A stretch of DNA of 63,328 nucleotides, the filler included, from Bonamia ostreae (Eukaryota): NCBI GenBank assembly GCA_040357525.1. It is 20 parts of 20 records of this genome, joined end to end, with 100 filler letters (N's around TTAATTAATTAA, not from the genome) between each part and the next. Parts side by side here need not be neighbours in the genome. Positions count along the whole stretch, not along the records: positions 12,809 to 15,903 come from JBDODL010000593.1; positions 16,004 to 19,093 come from JBDODL010000594.1; positions 19,194 to 22,276 come from JBDODL010000595.1; positions 22,377 to 25,459 come from JBDODL010000596.1; positions 25,560 to 28,635 come from JBDODL010000597.1; 15 more parts are not named here. One strand, given 5' to 3'. The notes under the pieces are model-generated. The model ran no database searches. It was not told where the DNA came from and saw nothing but the letters and a program-made list of their open reading frames with translations. Every line of letters starts with the position of its first letter. The first letter of the stretch is position 1. The translations under genes and the position numbers were made by a program. Positions 12,950 to 26,221 of this stretch are shown here, in pieces.

Positions 12950-13870
12950 TTTTTACAAGTTGTTTTCTTTTTTTTCCTTTGATTTTGAATGACATTCTGA
13001 ATACTCAGTCTTTTTCTACGAGTTTTTCTTCTTTTTTTCTGATTTTTTGGAGTCGAATAACCAAACATTTCTTGAGGTAATTGAATTTTGTCATCGAAAA
13101 AACACTTGAATTTTTGCATTTTCTAGGTTTACAAATCTGTCTTTGATTTTGTCAATTTTTTTTGTAGCAATGAAGGACGGGCATTTTTTGTCATCGTAAT
13201 CCTCCCGAACATTTTTAAATATTCTTTTTTTCTCAGCATTCTGTTTTTCTGTTCCAGGAGGAGCATAATCTGGAAAAAACCTCCTTTTTGCAAGTTCTTG
13301 CAGTATGGTCGAAACCATAGCATCTACTGAGTTACTTGATATTTTTCTTTCTTCACAGCTTCTATAAAATAATTGTTCTTTTTTCTCTTTGATCTCTAAA
13401 TCAAAAATTTTGCATACATTGAATCGATGTTTTGTAAATCAAGTTATAGACTAAACAAACTCTCCTTTTGTAATCCTTTTGAATGTAGAAAAAGGGATTT
13501 TGCATTCTGGACAGTATGAAACGAAAGAATTCGCTTTAAAAAGGCAAAGAGGCTGTAACCGAGTGATCAATATTCATATGAACACGTAAATAATGTGCGA
13601 AAATATAGATATTGCATTTATACTTTATATGAACACTTCTTTTTCTGTTCCTTTTATAAACTCTACGTGGCTGTCAGGCCATTTCGTGTGGATCACGGCC
13701 CTCAGGTTATCTCCCACTTGAGCCAAATTGTATCCGTGATCAAAATAAATCTTCAGCTCAGATAGTTTCCCGCTGTTTTTGCCGGGCAACTTCATTCCGT
13801 TATAATGCCACAGTTCTGCTGTTTTCAAAGGCTCTTTATTTGAGCTTTCTTTGTTATCCCTTTTTATATA
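12950..13870 (-). CDS. Hypothetical multi-exon protein with a CxxC motif
   Basis: Exons join via GT-AG introns to give ...EFIKGTEKE/PLCLFKANSFVSYCPECKIPF... and VSTILQELAKRRFFPDY. Boundaries approximate. Confidence 0.45.
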
Positions 13871-14035
13871 TCGAATTTAAGCTGGAAATATTATTTTGGT
13901 AATGAATATTCGAATAAAATTATTTCATCATTTTGAATATTCAAAGCGGATTTATAAATTGATTTTTATTTCCCTAAACCAGAAAACAAATTAATTGTCA
14001 ATAAATTTCATTAAGAGCTAAAACAGAAGCCAAAA

Positions 14036-15612
14036 TCACCTTTCGAAAACAGACGATTCTTTCTCTGTTTGACAGGTTTGACATCGGCTGTCTTCGTTGG
14101 AATTCGCAAAAGAGCATTTTGGACAACTCCAAAATTCTTTAATTGAATCCATGGCGGCATTGATCAACTGCTGCAGCAGAAACACTTCAGAATCTTTATT
14201 TTTTATCAACTGCGATTCCACGAAAGCTGTCTGTACTTTATTCAGACGCAGCTTTTGCAACAGTTCAGGCAAACTCTTGTAATCCAGATATCCCGTTTCA
14301 AACTGTTTTTATTATATTTTGAAAATTTTTGGGTTTTATCAAATCAATTTTTGGGTTTTATCGTTAAAGCCTAAATTTTTTACGGACTAAAAACTCCGCA
14401 AATTATAAACGGTGAAAAATAACTTGATCGAATGAATTAAAAATTCTCCTTATTCCCAATTCGAGTTCTTCGTCTTTGCTCAACAAAACGAGTTTGTCTT
14501 CCGTCGAGAACAAGACCGTGTAGTGGTCATTGCTCCCTACAACCCAAATCGGGTATTTTGGCGTTTTGTAGTACTCCCCAACCTTAGTGTACCCTTGAGC
14601 TTCTAGAATGGTCAAAAATCCGATGTCGGTTCTTTCCGGAATGCCCGTCAAAACATATTCGTCATTGCCGTTATCTCCCAGCCTTTTCTCGCCGTCGAAG
14701 ACGTTTGAAGCCGCGCGGCCTGAAATTAGAAGATTGACTAGTTCTTGTGTGCAATAACACTCTCTTCTAATCAAAAAGTCGTTTGGGTCGTCCATGTCTT
14801 TCTTGACGTTGTCTATTCCTCGGCCCAAAATGGCACTGCAAACCAAGGCCAAAATTCCGGGGCCGTTTCTAAATGAATCGAGCTCACTTTTGATTTGCGA
14901 TTTCAGGATTTCCTTCGTTTTCAGTTTTGTCAAAATCAAATGGTTTCTTATGTTTTCGCCGTTCAATGGCTTTATAACGTTTTACAGATATTGTTAAAAT
15001 GGCTTAAAGTTTTTATAAATTTGTGATTTACTTTTTTGTGTTTAAATAAGATTTTCAGAGTGATTTTTTTATGATTTTGGCTTTTTGAGGGCGAGACAAA
15101 TCGTCTTCGAAGATTTTGTCTTTTTAGCGTTTTTGCCCATTAACGATAAAATTAGTGATTTTGCAATTTACAAAAATATTGTTTTTCGATGGAAAGACGA
15201 TATAAATTTTGCAAGAATAAAATTACTTGACCGTCAAAAGATTTGGGAATCACTAAATTGTATTCTTTGGCATTTTCCCCGTGGCAGATAACGATAATGT
15301 CTGTCAAAGCATTTGCAAAGCAATCGTAAATTTTTCCAATCGTTAAATTTTGCAAATTTTTTGTGCCGTTTTCTCCAAAAATCATGTGTTTGAGCAAAAA
15401 CGCCTAAATTTCAAAATTTTGCAAACTTGTACAGCGACTAGAACACCACAAACACCTCCTTGTGTTTGCAAAAGGGTGAACGGAGTGATTTCAGAAAATC
15501 GGAAAGCGCTGTTGTGCCAAACATGTAAATTCTTTTTTTCAGAATTTTCCGCCCCAAATAGAACTTTGTTTATTCTGGAATACAGATCATTTTCTATAAA
15601 ATTTTCCAGCAT
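14036..15612 (-). CDS. MINDY-3/4 family deubiquitinase with C-terminal RanBP2/NZF zinc finger
   Basis: Catalytic Cys motif LLQTQGGVCGVLVAVQ, CTQELVNLLISGRAASNVFDG, IGFLT..KVGEYYKTPKYPIWVVGSNDHYTVLFS, and WSCPKCSFAN....RCQTCQ. Confidence 0.9.
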
Positions 15613-16003
15613 TTTTAGATTTTTTGGTTTATGATTAAATTATAAAATCTAATGTAACTAGAAATTAAGAAAAACGAAATGGCTTTTTAATTATTGTTTA
15701 TTATACTTGGATTTCTTTAGTTTTTTGTATTGATTATTGAAATAAACTTTATATGTTTATATTTATACATTTTTTTTATTTTATTTGTATTGTTGTTTTT
15801 TTTCAGAAGTCTTCTTTCAGGTAGTTATTTCCATTTTGAGAGTAGTGTTTTGGTCATTATATATTTCTTTGGTTTCTTTATTCTGAATTTCATTTTTACT
15901 GTANNNNNNNNNNNNNNNNNNNNNNNNNNNNNNNNNNNNNNNNNNNNTTAATTAATTAANNNNNNNNNNNNNNNNNNNNNNNNNNNNNNNNNNNNNNNNN
16001 NNN

Positions 16004-18847
16004 TATTTCTTATTTTGTCAAAATTTATTTATCGCTTTTTATGCTAACATTTAGTAGTAAATTAAAAAAAAATCACAAATTTGCAAAAAGAAAACATTTC
16101 ATATGATGTCTTTTTCAGAGACGAAGATTCTGCAAATTTATTATTTTGCAAAAAGGCTTTCTGTTACCAAAACAAATTTTTTTCCTTACGATCGGCAACT
16201 GTGGCACACAACAGCAAATACAACAAATATAACAACGAGTGGAAACTTATTTTACCAAAACAAATGAATGAAAAAGTTGATAAATTTTAGTATTTCCGCA
16301 AATTAAAAATTTCAGAAAAAATAATATTTTTGCTGAATGTTGGCTAAAAATAATAATAATAGACGCACTTGTTATTCAGAATGTTTGAAGTCAAGAAAAA
16401 GAGCAAAAATAATTTGAAAGAATTAATTGGATTTGCTTTTTTGCGTTTAGTAAATAAAGAAGAAAATACAATGTTTAAATTAAGTCATTTGGATAAATTT
16501 AAGAAATTTCATCGGCGATGGAATTTATGAATTGACGTTTTTTAATGAAAAACTGACTAAAGATTATTTGAACAAAACAAAAACAAAACCTGTTTTTAAA
16601 CGAAAAATTACAATTTTATCGAAAATTTTGACTTTTGAAATTTTAAATAATAGAAATTCGATATGTTCTCTATGCATTCGTCTAAAAATACAATGTCAGT
16701 TCGCATTAAATTACAAAGTTCAATTTTGTCTAACGACAAAAATTTAAATGCTTTGTTTTCCGAGAATAACAATTTTTCTTTAAACGACCGACTGAAAAAG
16801 TTTGAAATTTGGCAAAATTTATTTTTATAAAATCGATATTTAAATTTGACAAATAATTTAAATGTTGAATAAAGTTAAATATTCGCTAAATTTTTATAAA
16901 AGCGTTCGAAAAATGAAACATTCCAATTTAGTTCGATTTTTGGCGCCTCTTTTGAAATTGCACATTTCCTATTTGGCGAACAGCGAAAAAAGAACAAAAG
17001 TAACCGGATTAAAATTTGTCACCCAAATGCTCAAAAAGTTTTAATTAGAAAAAATATAATTAAAAAACAAATGTTTGTTTAAAACAACAATTCCGAACAA
17101 AATTTTTAAAGATTGGGCGAAAACAATTCGAATCTAAAATATAACGACGAAGAATTACGAAAGATTTGGATTTATTTTTATTTTAAAAATTTTGATGACG
17201 AACCATATTATTTTCATATTATTAGCGCTGGAAATTATTTATTTGAAGTTTTTTTCAACTTCAAAATTCCAGATTTTGATTAAAAAAATTATTTGTTCCA
17301 AATCGATATCAAATTTTGATTATAAAATTATTTGTTCCAAATAGATATTGTTGTTCCAAATCGCTAAACATTTTTTTATTTAAACGCAATAATTTTCAAA
17401 TTTAAAGCGCTAAATTTAAAAATAGATAAATAGAAAAATTGATGTTGAAGCTACGAGCATGAGCAATCTATCAAGATTTTCAAATGTCGATAAAATTGAT
17501 GAAGCAACTTTGCTCTTTTTGGAAACCTTATGTTTTTGGTTTGACTGTACACTGAAATCATTGCAACTTGAGTATAATGAAAATAAACGTTTATATTTAA
17601 CCAAAAAGATAAATATATTTTAATTTTTAAAATGTTCAAATCAAAATTTTTGGAATTTAAATCCAAATTAAAAAATCAAAATTTTTACTTTTTTAAAGAA
17701 ATAAGAAAAAAAGAAATATTTTTATCAGAATTTAAGGTAAAATAACTTTTAAAAAATAGCTTTTTGTGAACAATCTATTTGAAGAGTTTATAAAATATTC
17801 TTCTGCTTCAACAATTGCACTTTTTAAAACGATAGTCAAAAAGGTTGTTCAATTTACTATCGGCTGTTACGCTATGTTTTCCATCGACGAAATTTTCGAC
17901 ATCGTTTATATTAAAAAAATTCAAAAATTTTGTAAATATTTTTTAGCAAATACGATAAAGAAATTCAAAACAATTCAAAAATTTATAATTTATTGTCGTA
18001 AAAAATTGACATTAAAAACTTGTTTGAACATATCAAAACAAAAATAAAAAATTTAACAAAAAGAAAAAATCTAAAAATTTTAAAAAGGTAAAAATGAGTG
18101 TAGAAAAACTCAGCAGCGAAGACGAAATAAACATAATAGAACTCAAAAAAGAGTTTTTATTCCATTTTTACGACAATGACTTTTTTCCACAAATCATTTT
18201 GTCCGAACAAAATTTTGCAAACATTGACCAAATCGAACAAATCTACCCTTTAAACGCTTTATTGATCAACCATTGCATCGCCAATCTTCTCCAGAAACCG
18301 CCTCATTACTATTTCATAAGTGTTCTGACCGCCTTGTTTACAAAACACGATTTTGATAATCGACTCGTCGGTAACCATGAAAACATGGCAAAAGTGGCAA
18401 ATTCTTATTTGCCGTTGGTATTCAAATTGTGCTCGCAGCCAATGCAATTCGAGAAAAACAATTCTGCCGAAAGGGATGTTTTGGTCTGTTTTCTCTGGGT
18501 TCTAAAGAACTGCGACCGAAAATTATTAAAGGAGTGGTGGAGCAAAAGCGATAATTCGGTTGTCGCCAACTTTTTGGCTGTTTTGAAGGAATCTCTGTAC
18601 AAATTTCGCTATATCGGCAAAGACAGAGAGAATAGCGATTTTAAGAGTTTTCTGAGCCAAGAGACGACGAAGAATTTCAACGTCGGAAAGAAAGAAGGAG
18701 AAAGTGAGATAAAATCCAATTTGGAATCAATGGTGAACACAAAGTATTCAAGCGTGGAGAACATTGACGATGAAAAGTCTAAAAATGGAAAAGAGTTGAT
18801 TCGAAAAAACCATTCATCTCCTAAAAATAAAATTTTGAATCCGCCGG
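16004..18847 (+). CDS. DOCK-family (DOCK-C/D-like) guanine nucleotide exchange factor, internal fragment
   Basis: DOCK C2-like HNSK..YNNEWKLILP..HLLF..LIGFAFLRL. Later KHDFDNR..KVANSYLPLV, RDVLVCFLWVLKN.DRKLLKEWW and KFRYIGK, typical of DOCK6-11. Confidence 0.8.
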
Positions 18848-18869
18848 TTTTGTTTATAATAATATTGTT

Positions 18870-19093
18870 TTATATGATTTTGATGTTATTGCAATTTTGA
18901 TGAAATTTTGATATTATTATTATTGCGATTTTTTGATTCAATTTTGATGTTATGTCAATTTTTGATGAAATTTTGATATTATTATTGCGATTTTTTGATT
19001 CAATTTTGATGTTATGTCAATTTTTGATGAAATTTTGATATTATTATTGCGATTTTTTGATTCAATTTTGATGTTATGTCAATTTTTGATGAA
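18870..19093. repeat. Intronic tandem repeat, about 62-bp unit
   Basis: GATGAAATTTTGATATTATTATTGCGATTTTTTGATTCAATTTTGATGTTATGTCAATTTTT repeated about 3.5 times up to the contig end. Confidence 0.9.
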
Positions 19094-21711
19094 NNNNNNN
19101 NNNNNNNNNNNNNNNNNNNNNNNNNNNNNNNNNNNNNTTAATTAATTAANNNNNNNNNNNNNNNNNNNNNNNNNNNNNNNNNNNNNNNNNNNNTTCGTTA
19201 TCTTCACCTTGCATACAATGAAAAGTGAAAAAAAAATCAAACTACTGAAAGGGTGGAAGGACTGCTCAAAGAATATGATTATTTATTTAGTACTTTCAGA
19301 ATACAAATTGTTTTAAAATGAAAAATAGTAACTTCATCCATAATATATACAGTGTAATGACAACAATTGTAATAATTTCAGGAAGCAAAGTTAGATGACC
19401 TTGTCATGTCTAAAGTTGTACATTTTATTTTCATGTATTAAAATTATTCTGAGTAAGCAGAAGAAATAAATAAAACGTTTTCAATGTGATATTTATTTTG
19501 CTTATTAAATCTTACAGCATTGCATTGCAATGAAAATGGAATGAGAGAACAGGTACTTTCAAAAGCTGGACAGGCAAGATACGACATAGTTTATCTAAAT
19601 TCAAAAAAGATAATGCGCAGGATGAGGAGTTAAAATTGGTTATACCTACGTTATGAATTTTATATGCGTGAATGTAAAATATGACTGGGATAGAGTTTTT
19701 TAAATATACAAATATTTTATGATCTATTTTTTAGATTATGCACATCAGCTCAGAGAAATAGTTTTTGCTAGCCAAGGAGTTGAAGCTTTGTCAAGGGGAA
19801 GGTAACGATGAAGTCCAGACACCACCTCTACTCTGCAGCTCCTTTGCTATACGCGTTGAGGCGCTGCCAATTCAATAGTTGATATCACGCTACAAGGTCA
19901 ATTAGAGCGATCAAGGCACAATGTACAATGACGACTGCTCTTAATCTGCTTCCTTGAACCCCACATAGTCATTAATGTGTATCTCATCTTCATCACAGCT
20001 CGTGGTGGGCGTGTCACCTTTACATACTTACCCAAGAATCCCCACGGCCATCTTACTAATTGCTTGTATTTTGTGCATCTGTATCGCCTGAAAATAGTGT
20101 GAAATGAAGGATGTTATTCCAACACTTTAGAAAAGCTGTGTTTATATTTCATATCACAATGTATATATGGCTGTTTAAGGAATAAAACGTACAAGATAGT
20201 GTTTTCACGATATGTACATGTAATAATTTCCTGTCTGTGATTGTTGTTTCAAGAATTATCTAAAGCATAATTTTATGAAGCACTCTATTTTTTTCAGATC
20301 TTCATATGTGTTAAACATATGCACAACTGACATAACTAATATAATAAACATATGCACATACTCTGGTAGATTTTAAATATGGTTACCATACTGTTGCTTG
20401 TACTAATTTTTTGCAGTGTCCAAAACATATATGTTCAAGCAAACTGGTTCAAATACAGAATGATTAGTTATGCACGTACATGTAGTTGGCCCCCTGGTGA
20501 CATTACATTTGCTATTCGTGGTATTACTCTGCGGCAGGCAGATTCACTAGCCGATGACAAAACATGCCAGTGTTTACATTTGCACCTGGTAATAGAGAAC
20601 AACATTTATATTCTAAAATTGCACATGGAAGTAGGAAGCAATAAAACGCAATTCGTAGAACTCGTAAAGCATACTCATCAGGAATAAATTACAAATTACT
20701 TATTTGTCATTTTTTCTATAGTTATTTGTCACAAGGGAAAGCAAACTGATTTTTTTTTAAACACTATAGAGTCTTCAAAGTATGTTATCTTTACACTACC
20801 TTTTGTTGTTATTTAGTCGGTTATCGTCAGAATCCCTTTGATCTTCACTCTCTCTTGCTCTTCTTCATTACATGACAAATACGGTTCAGATTGATAGAGA
20901 GGTATTGCCAAAGTGTGTAATGATGTTTCTGATATATTGAATTATTCCTCGACACTTGATGTTTCCCGCTGGCAGTGATATCAACAACTTGGTGTAAGAA
21001 TCAGAATCGTTACAAGATTCGGCAGCCATATCGTTTTCCCCAACACATATTTGTAACGACACGATTGGAAAACCACTAATACCGAAAGTGAGATTTGACC
21101 GATTATTGATTATTTAGGCAGGTGTAACAGCATCAATTAAGTAGGCTATATATGGGTTATTACAGCAGAGTTTGAAAATAACCGTACTCATCGGACTGGC
21201 TCTTTAATTTAGCATTTTATCATATTTTATTTCACCGCAGCGTAGCGTTTTATCTTTACATCTATTTTTATATCTACGGTTGATTTTGCATCTGCAATCA
21301 TGGTAAAACTTGTCTGTACATTTTTATTAATATTTATTTTAATAACATTTGAAAAAAATTCCCACCCCCACGTCATGTGAATCATGGAAGCTGACACGTT
21401 CAAAACCACACGGTGTATAGTGAGTGACGTTTACAATAAATGTTATTTAAAAAATTCCAATTAAGTCTGTCAATATATAAGATAGTATAAAATCAAATAT
21501 TTGGGACTTGACATTTTGAAGGTTTGCATTTTATCCATGATGATTGTGTCATTGACTACAAATAACCTTAATATTTTAGACATGCAGCATTTGATACATA
21601 TTGGTACTTTAGCTTTACGAGATGCGAGTCGAGTACTTATAATGTTTATCTTTTTAACAATGTATAACCTGCGTCTTGTAGCTATAAACACTGTAATGTA
21701 TATGTGAGTAC

Positions 21712-21771
21712 CTTGACAAGGTGTAAATCCGGTGCTTGATGACTGTCCTGCCGGACATGGAGATTCTTCTC
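21712..21771 (-). CDS. Isolated 60-nt phase-1/1 exon encoding a Cys-rich GCC2-GCC3/ephrin-receptor-like repeat (metazoan-style gene)
   Basis: TTTCGTAG|...ESPCPAGQSSSTGFTPCQ|GTACTC with long flanking introns. A probable upstream exon lies at 22224-22276. Confidence 0.6.
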
Positions 21772-22376
21772 CTACGAAAAGCATGATTTATCTACAACTA
21801 TCAGTATTTCATTAAGACGTAACTAAATGATAAAGTCTAGATTTTATTTCATCTTGCGACTACTAACAAACAAGTTCTGAAACACACAGGAATACCTCCC
21901 GACCCGGGTACATAAATGATAATCTTGAAAGAATACAACATTCCTGATTAATCCCTAAGTCTGTAATTGCATTTTTGAAATCATGTATAACAAGCAAAAC
22001 AGCTATAGGAAATTTACAAGCAAAGTACATGGATCGAGAATATTGATTTGTAATAATGCATAGTGAATGACGAAAAAATCACAAAGTTTAAGTCAAGGGG
22101 CTGATACAAAATGCTTTTTCTAAAATCAAACAAGTATCATTTAAATATTTCAATAACATTTGCCGTGACACCGAATCCGCAAAATTAAATCTACCCCTAG
22201 CCATTCTTGAATCGCTACGTTACCTATGCAGTAGCCAGTGGAGGTTTGAGAAGGCGGCACACGATAATACACTCTGNNNNNNNNNNNNNNNNNNNNNNNN
22301 NNNNNNNNNNNNNNNNNNNNTTAATTAATTAANNNNNNNNNNNNNNNNNNNNNNNNNNNNNNNNNNNNNNNNNNNN

Positions 22377-22422
22377 TGACGCGATTTAAGGTAACGATTT
22401 TAGAGCGCTTCGAAATGGGCAT
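22377..22422 (-). CDS. MRT4: Ribosome assembly factor Mrt4, N-terminal fragment
   Basis: MPISKRSKIVTLNRV resembles the conserved Mrt4 N-terminus MPxSKRxKxVxL. Only 15 codons are visible. Confidence 0.6.
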
Positions 22423-22534
22423 TTAGAAAATTTTGAATATTTAGACTGAAAACAATATAATATTTAGACTGAAAACATTTTATGTTTATTAAATATATTA
22501 AAGCCTTTAGACTTTGCAGAAAATTTCGTAGTCA

Positions 22535-23854
22535 ATGTCGAAATACAAATGGTTTCCGGGACATATGACAAAATATCTCGTTTATATTTCTAATCTTAGC
22601 GAGAAATAAATCAATCTCAAATTAAAAAATCTCACGTCATTTTGTATTTGCGAGATTCAAGAGTTTCCATATTAAAAAAAATTATTTTTACACAAAAATT
22701 TTTATTTGAAAAAAATTTACAAATTTGAAAAAAATTAATTTTAAAAATTTGAATTTTAAAATTGGACATAAAATTTTTTACAAATCAAGTTAATGGAAAC
22801 TTCACGAAATAAAGTATTAGAAAACGTAATAAAAGACAAGAAAATTTTAAATATTTTCACAAAATCGGATTTGATTAATTTAAGATCAAAAGATGTCCCC
22901 GAAGATTCGTATTTTTATTCGCGATTGTTCAATTTTTAATATAAAGCGAGGACAACAAAAATTTGATAGATTTTATCAAAAAGTACAGCGACGAAAAATT
23001 CATATCGACGTTTACAGGTTTTTACAAGATTTTTGTAGTTATGACAATTATTGGTCTTCCGAACGTCGGAAAATCAACAATAATAAACTCGTTAAAAACG
23101 AGGCACAATTTTTACAACAAGGCGAAAACGTCAGATGTGCCTTGTTTCACCCAGAACATAGATCCGTACGTTGTTTCGAGAGACCCGAATATCGTTCTTT
23201 ACGACACGCCTGGAATATTCCCGCCTGTTGAACAAGATTTTCTGTCTGCTTTGAAATTTAGTTTAGTTGGCACGATCGACAACAAAAACATTTTTTTTGA
23301 CGATTTGTCGCTAGCTCGAGCAATTTTCCTTATTCTAAATACAGTAAATTGCATCAAACCGCTTGAAAACACAATCGCCTCCAAATTGAATTGGAGCAAT
23401 TTTGAGCATGTTTTCACGTTACAACAATTATCGTTTTGTACCATGTATAATTGGGCATTAAAAATCGCTTCGGCATTTAAAAGTAGCTTAATCTTTATTA
23501 ATTAGCAATTGTTCCATATATTTAAACTTTTGCAATTTCGGGTCGCATCGCTACTAATTTTTGCGTGCAAGGCCAACTGATTGATTGCAGACAAACTTTT
23601 TTCGCTCTGAAAAACTTTATTACTTTATGATCGTCTCACATATTTCTACTTTTGTAGAAATAAAATGTCTTTTTTAATGAACTAAATTTATAAAGTTCAT
23701 GCGTAGATTGCAAAGACGACGAAATCTCAATAAAGAAAGAGCGATTATTTGGTTAATAGGCAAATACAGAAAAGGGGCGATCGGGAAATTTGCGCTCGAC
23801 AACCCAAAACTGGATTCAGCCCTTCTAGAAAACAAAAATTTCATTTTGAGCTAA
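22535..23854 (+). CDS. MTG1: Mitochondrial ribosome-associated GTPase (RbgA/YlqF family)
   Basis: KWFPGHM, LRDSR, TKSDL, IIGLPNVGKSTIINSL, YDTPGI and C-terminal YRKGAIGKFALD. Multi-exon. Confidence 0.88.
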
Positions 23855-23885
23855 ATAAAACATCGAATTTTTTTTATTAGTCAAA

Positions 23886-24605
23886 ATGTCTTTACCTAAA
23901 AAATCTGCCAAAATCGACGAAAACCACAAATCCCTTTTTGAAGAAAAATTTGTAAATAAAAGTACAAATCCCTTTTTAAAATGCAGCAGCAATGTTGCAA
24001 ACGGCCAAAGTAAAAAATCGGGCCAACTTTTGGAAAACGATAAAAAGAACGAAATCGTTTTCGAAGTCGAAAAGTTAATTGGCCAGTTTATTGACAACAA
24101 CAAACAGTTAGAAAGGCCATCAAAATACAATGACGCCGACAATGCCGATAAAAACTTTACAAAAAATCGCAAAATAGCTAAAAACGAAAATTTTTTGCAA
24201 AAAATGAACGATTTGTGCATTACGAAAATACAAAATCTAAAAAAAGTCGAAGAACATTTTAAAACACAAAAGATAAACGAAGACGTTAATAGGGAAAATG
24301 GATTCCAAAAAGAGCCGAAAGAAGGAGAAAGCAGCGATTCGTTCGACGAAACGGTGCGCAAACAAAAAGGAAAAGTGATTTGGTTTTGCCCCAGAAAAGG
24401 ATATGGATTTATAAGAACAAAAGGGCGAGATCTGTTTGTCCACCATTCTGGCATTTTAGGACTTGGTTTTAAAATACTGAAATATGGCGAAAATGTCGAA
24501 TTCGAGGTTGTTACCGATCGTGATGGTAAAAAAAGAGCGATCAATGTTACCGGCCCCGACGGCATTGAACTGGACGGTTTTACTACTTTTATTATAAAGC
24601 TTTAA
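23886..24605 (+). CDS. Cold-shock domain protein (C-terminal CSD)
   Basis: GKVIWFCPRKGYGFI..DLFVHHSGI..GFKILKYGENVEFEV...AINVTGPDG (RNP1/RNP2 motifs). Confidence 0.9.
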   Translation: MSLPKKSAKIDENHKSLFEEKFVNKSTNPFLKCSSNVANGQSKKSGQLLENDKKNEIVFEVEKLIGQFIDNNKQLERPSKYNDADNADKNFTKNRKIAKNENFLQKMNDLCITKIQNLKKVEEHFKTQKINEDVNRENGFQKEPKEGESSDSFDETVRKQKGKVIWFCPRKGYGFIRTKGRDLFVHHSGILGLGFKILKYGENVEFEVVTDRDGKKRAINVTGPDGIELDGFTTFIIKL

Positions 24606-24987
24606 ATTATATGGAATTTTATAAATTTGGCAGTTTTTAAAGCTGTACAATAATATATGATAAATGTTAAATAACAAAATGATGGTAAATTAATAATGTC
24701 GATATGAATTTCAGTCATAAACAGCGACTTAAACTTATCAAATTTTGTAAAAATAAAGAAAGCTCTAATTTTCCGAGACGAATCGAAATGTTTTTCAAAT
24801 CACAGTTGAGCAAAAAAACAACCGCGATAAAATGACATCACTGCTTCAATTAAATTAGCCTTATTATCTGTATACGTAAAAATGTTAATCTAGACATTTT
24901 AGCCAAACAATTATAAAACAATACATTCACTTTCTCTAACAAAATTTGACAAACTAAATTTTACTAAATTTTATATTCCAAACCTCG

Positions 24988-25232
24988 ATGGTTTTTTTTA
25001 TCTATTCTGCGCATTAAAACAATAGGAAGACACAGGCGAAGTCACTGCTAAACACGCAAAAGTAGTAAAAGTTTTGCGAAGGGCCGCCGGAACCGGTTTG
25101 GTCTCGCAAGTGAGAGCTGAACTACAAGACGGCTCAAACAGATCAATTATTCGCAATGTGAAAGGACCTGTTAGAGAAGGAGACATCCTCAGCTTGTTAG
25201 AATCCGAGCGAGAAGCCAGACGAATAAGATAA
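24988..25232 (+). CDS. RPS28: 40S ribosomal protein eS28
   Basis: ATG, 35-nt intron (24991-25025), then ...AKVVKVL...[38 protein letters not shown]. Confidence 0.95.
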
Positions 25233-25559
25233 TAAATGCTCATTCCAATTTATTAAACGTCATATTTTTCGTTTCCAAATAACCTCGATTTTCTTTTGCA
25301 TAATAATGTTGTCAACACTATCGCCATAACAGTCACTCCTGACAATGTTCCCAAGACGATTATCAACGTGATATCTCTTTTCTCTTTTTTTTTAATTTTG
25401 GAAAAACTAACTTTTTTAAAAAACAATTTTTATTTTGCGGCGAAAAAGAGTTTTTACAANNNNNNNNNNNNNNNNNNNNNNNNNNNNNNNNNNNNNNNNN
25501 NNNTTAATTAATTAANNNNNNNNNNNNNNNNNNNNNNNNNNNNNNNNNNNNNNNNNNNN

Positions 25560-26221
25560 CATCGCAACAAACAACAACTCCTTTTTCTAAAAGTATTATA
25601 GAAAACTGATTGTTCTTTAAAACCATTAGATTCTCGGTATTGTTTAAGTTTGCGACAAAGGACTGAATTCGCATCAACATTCTGTGCTACTAAACCTTTT
25701 GATTTTGATTCACACGCAATAACAAGATTTGAAACTATTGTTTGCAATTCTTTAACATCGAATTTCTTGTTTTCCAAATCTGACAAGCAATTTTGTATCG
25801 ATTTAAATTTAGCTAATTCTGTTGTTGTTTGGATTTCAACATCGTTTGGATCACTAACTGTTGTTTGGACATCGTTTGGATCACTACCTCTTGTTTGGTT
25901 TTCCGCATATTTTCAATATTAATCTGTTGTTTCGGTTTCATCATCGTTTGTAGAATGATCTGTTGTTTCAATTTCAATCAATAAATCGCAAATTTGTTGC
26001 TTCAAGTAAATGGGGCATTTTTCACCAATATTAAAGACTTTTTGTTCCAAAAGATGTCCCAGACTTTCCCTGACTCCATCACCCGAAAGGGTTCTTGCAT
26101 TTAAATTACGCAGTTCTTCTCTAATTTCCAAATCCTGTATTTTATCCAATTCAGTTTTAAGTGTAGTAGTATTTTCACCGACTGACAATGTTTCAAGTAT
26201 GTTAAGAATTAGAACCAACAA
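25560..26221 (-). pseudogene. Unknown reading frame interrupted by two in-frame stops
   Basis: ORFs 25919-26221 and 25560-25786 share one frame, broken by TAA-TAT-TGA at 25913-25921 with no GT-AG intron. Contains an internal SDPNDV duplication. Confidence 0.4.

Noticed and set aside
13625-13828. Rdx/SelW-like selenoprotein
   Set aside because: Only a vague resemblance, with no CxxU/CxxC at the expected position and no in-frame TGA.
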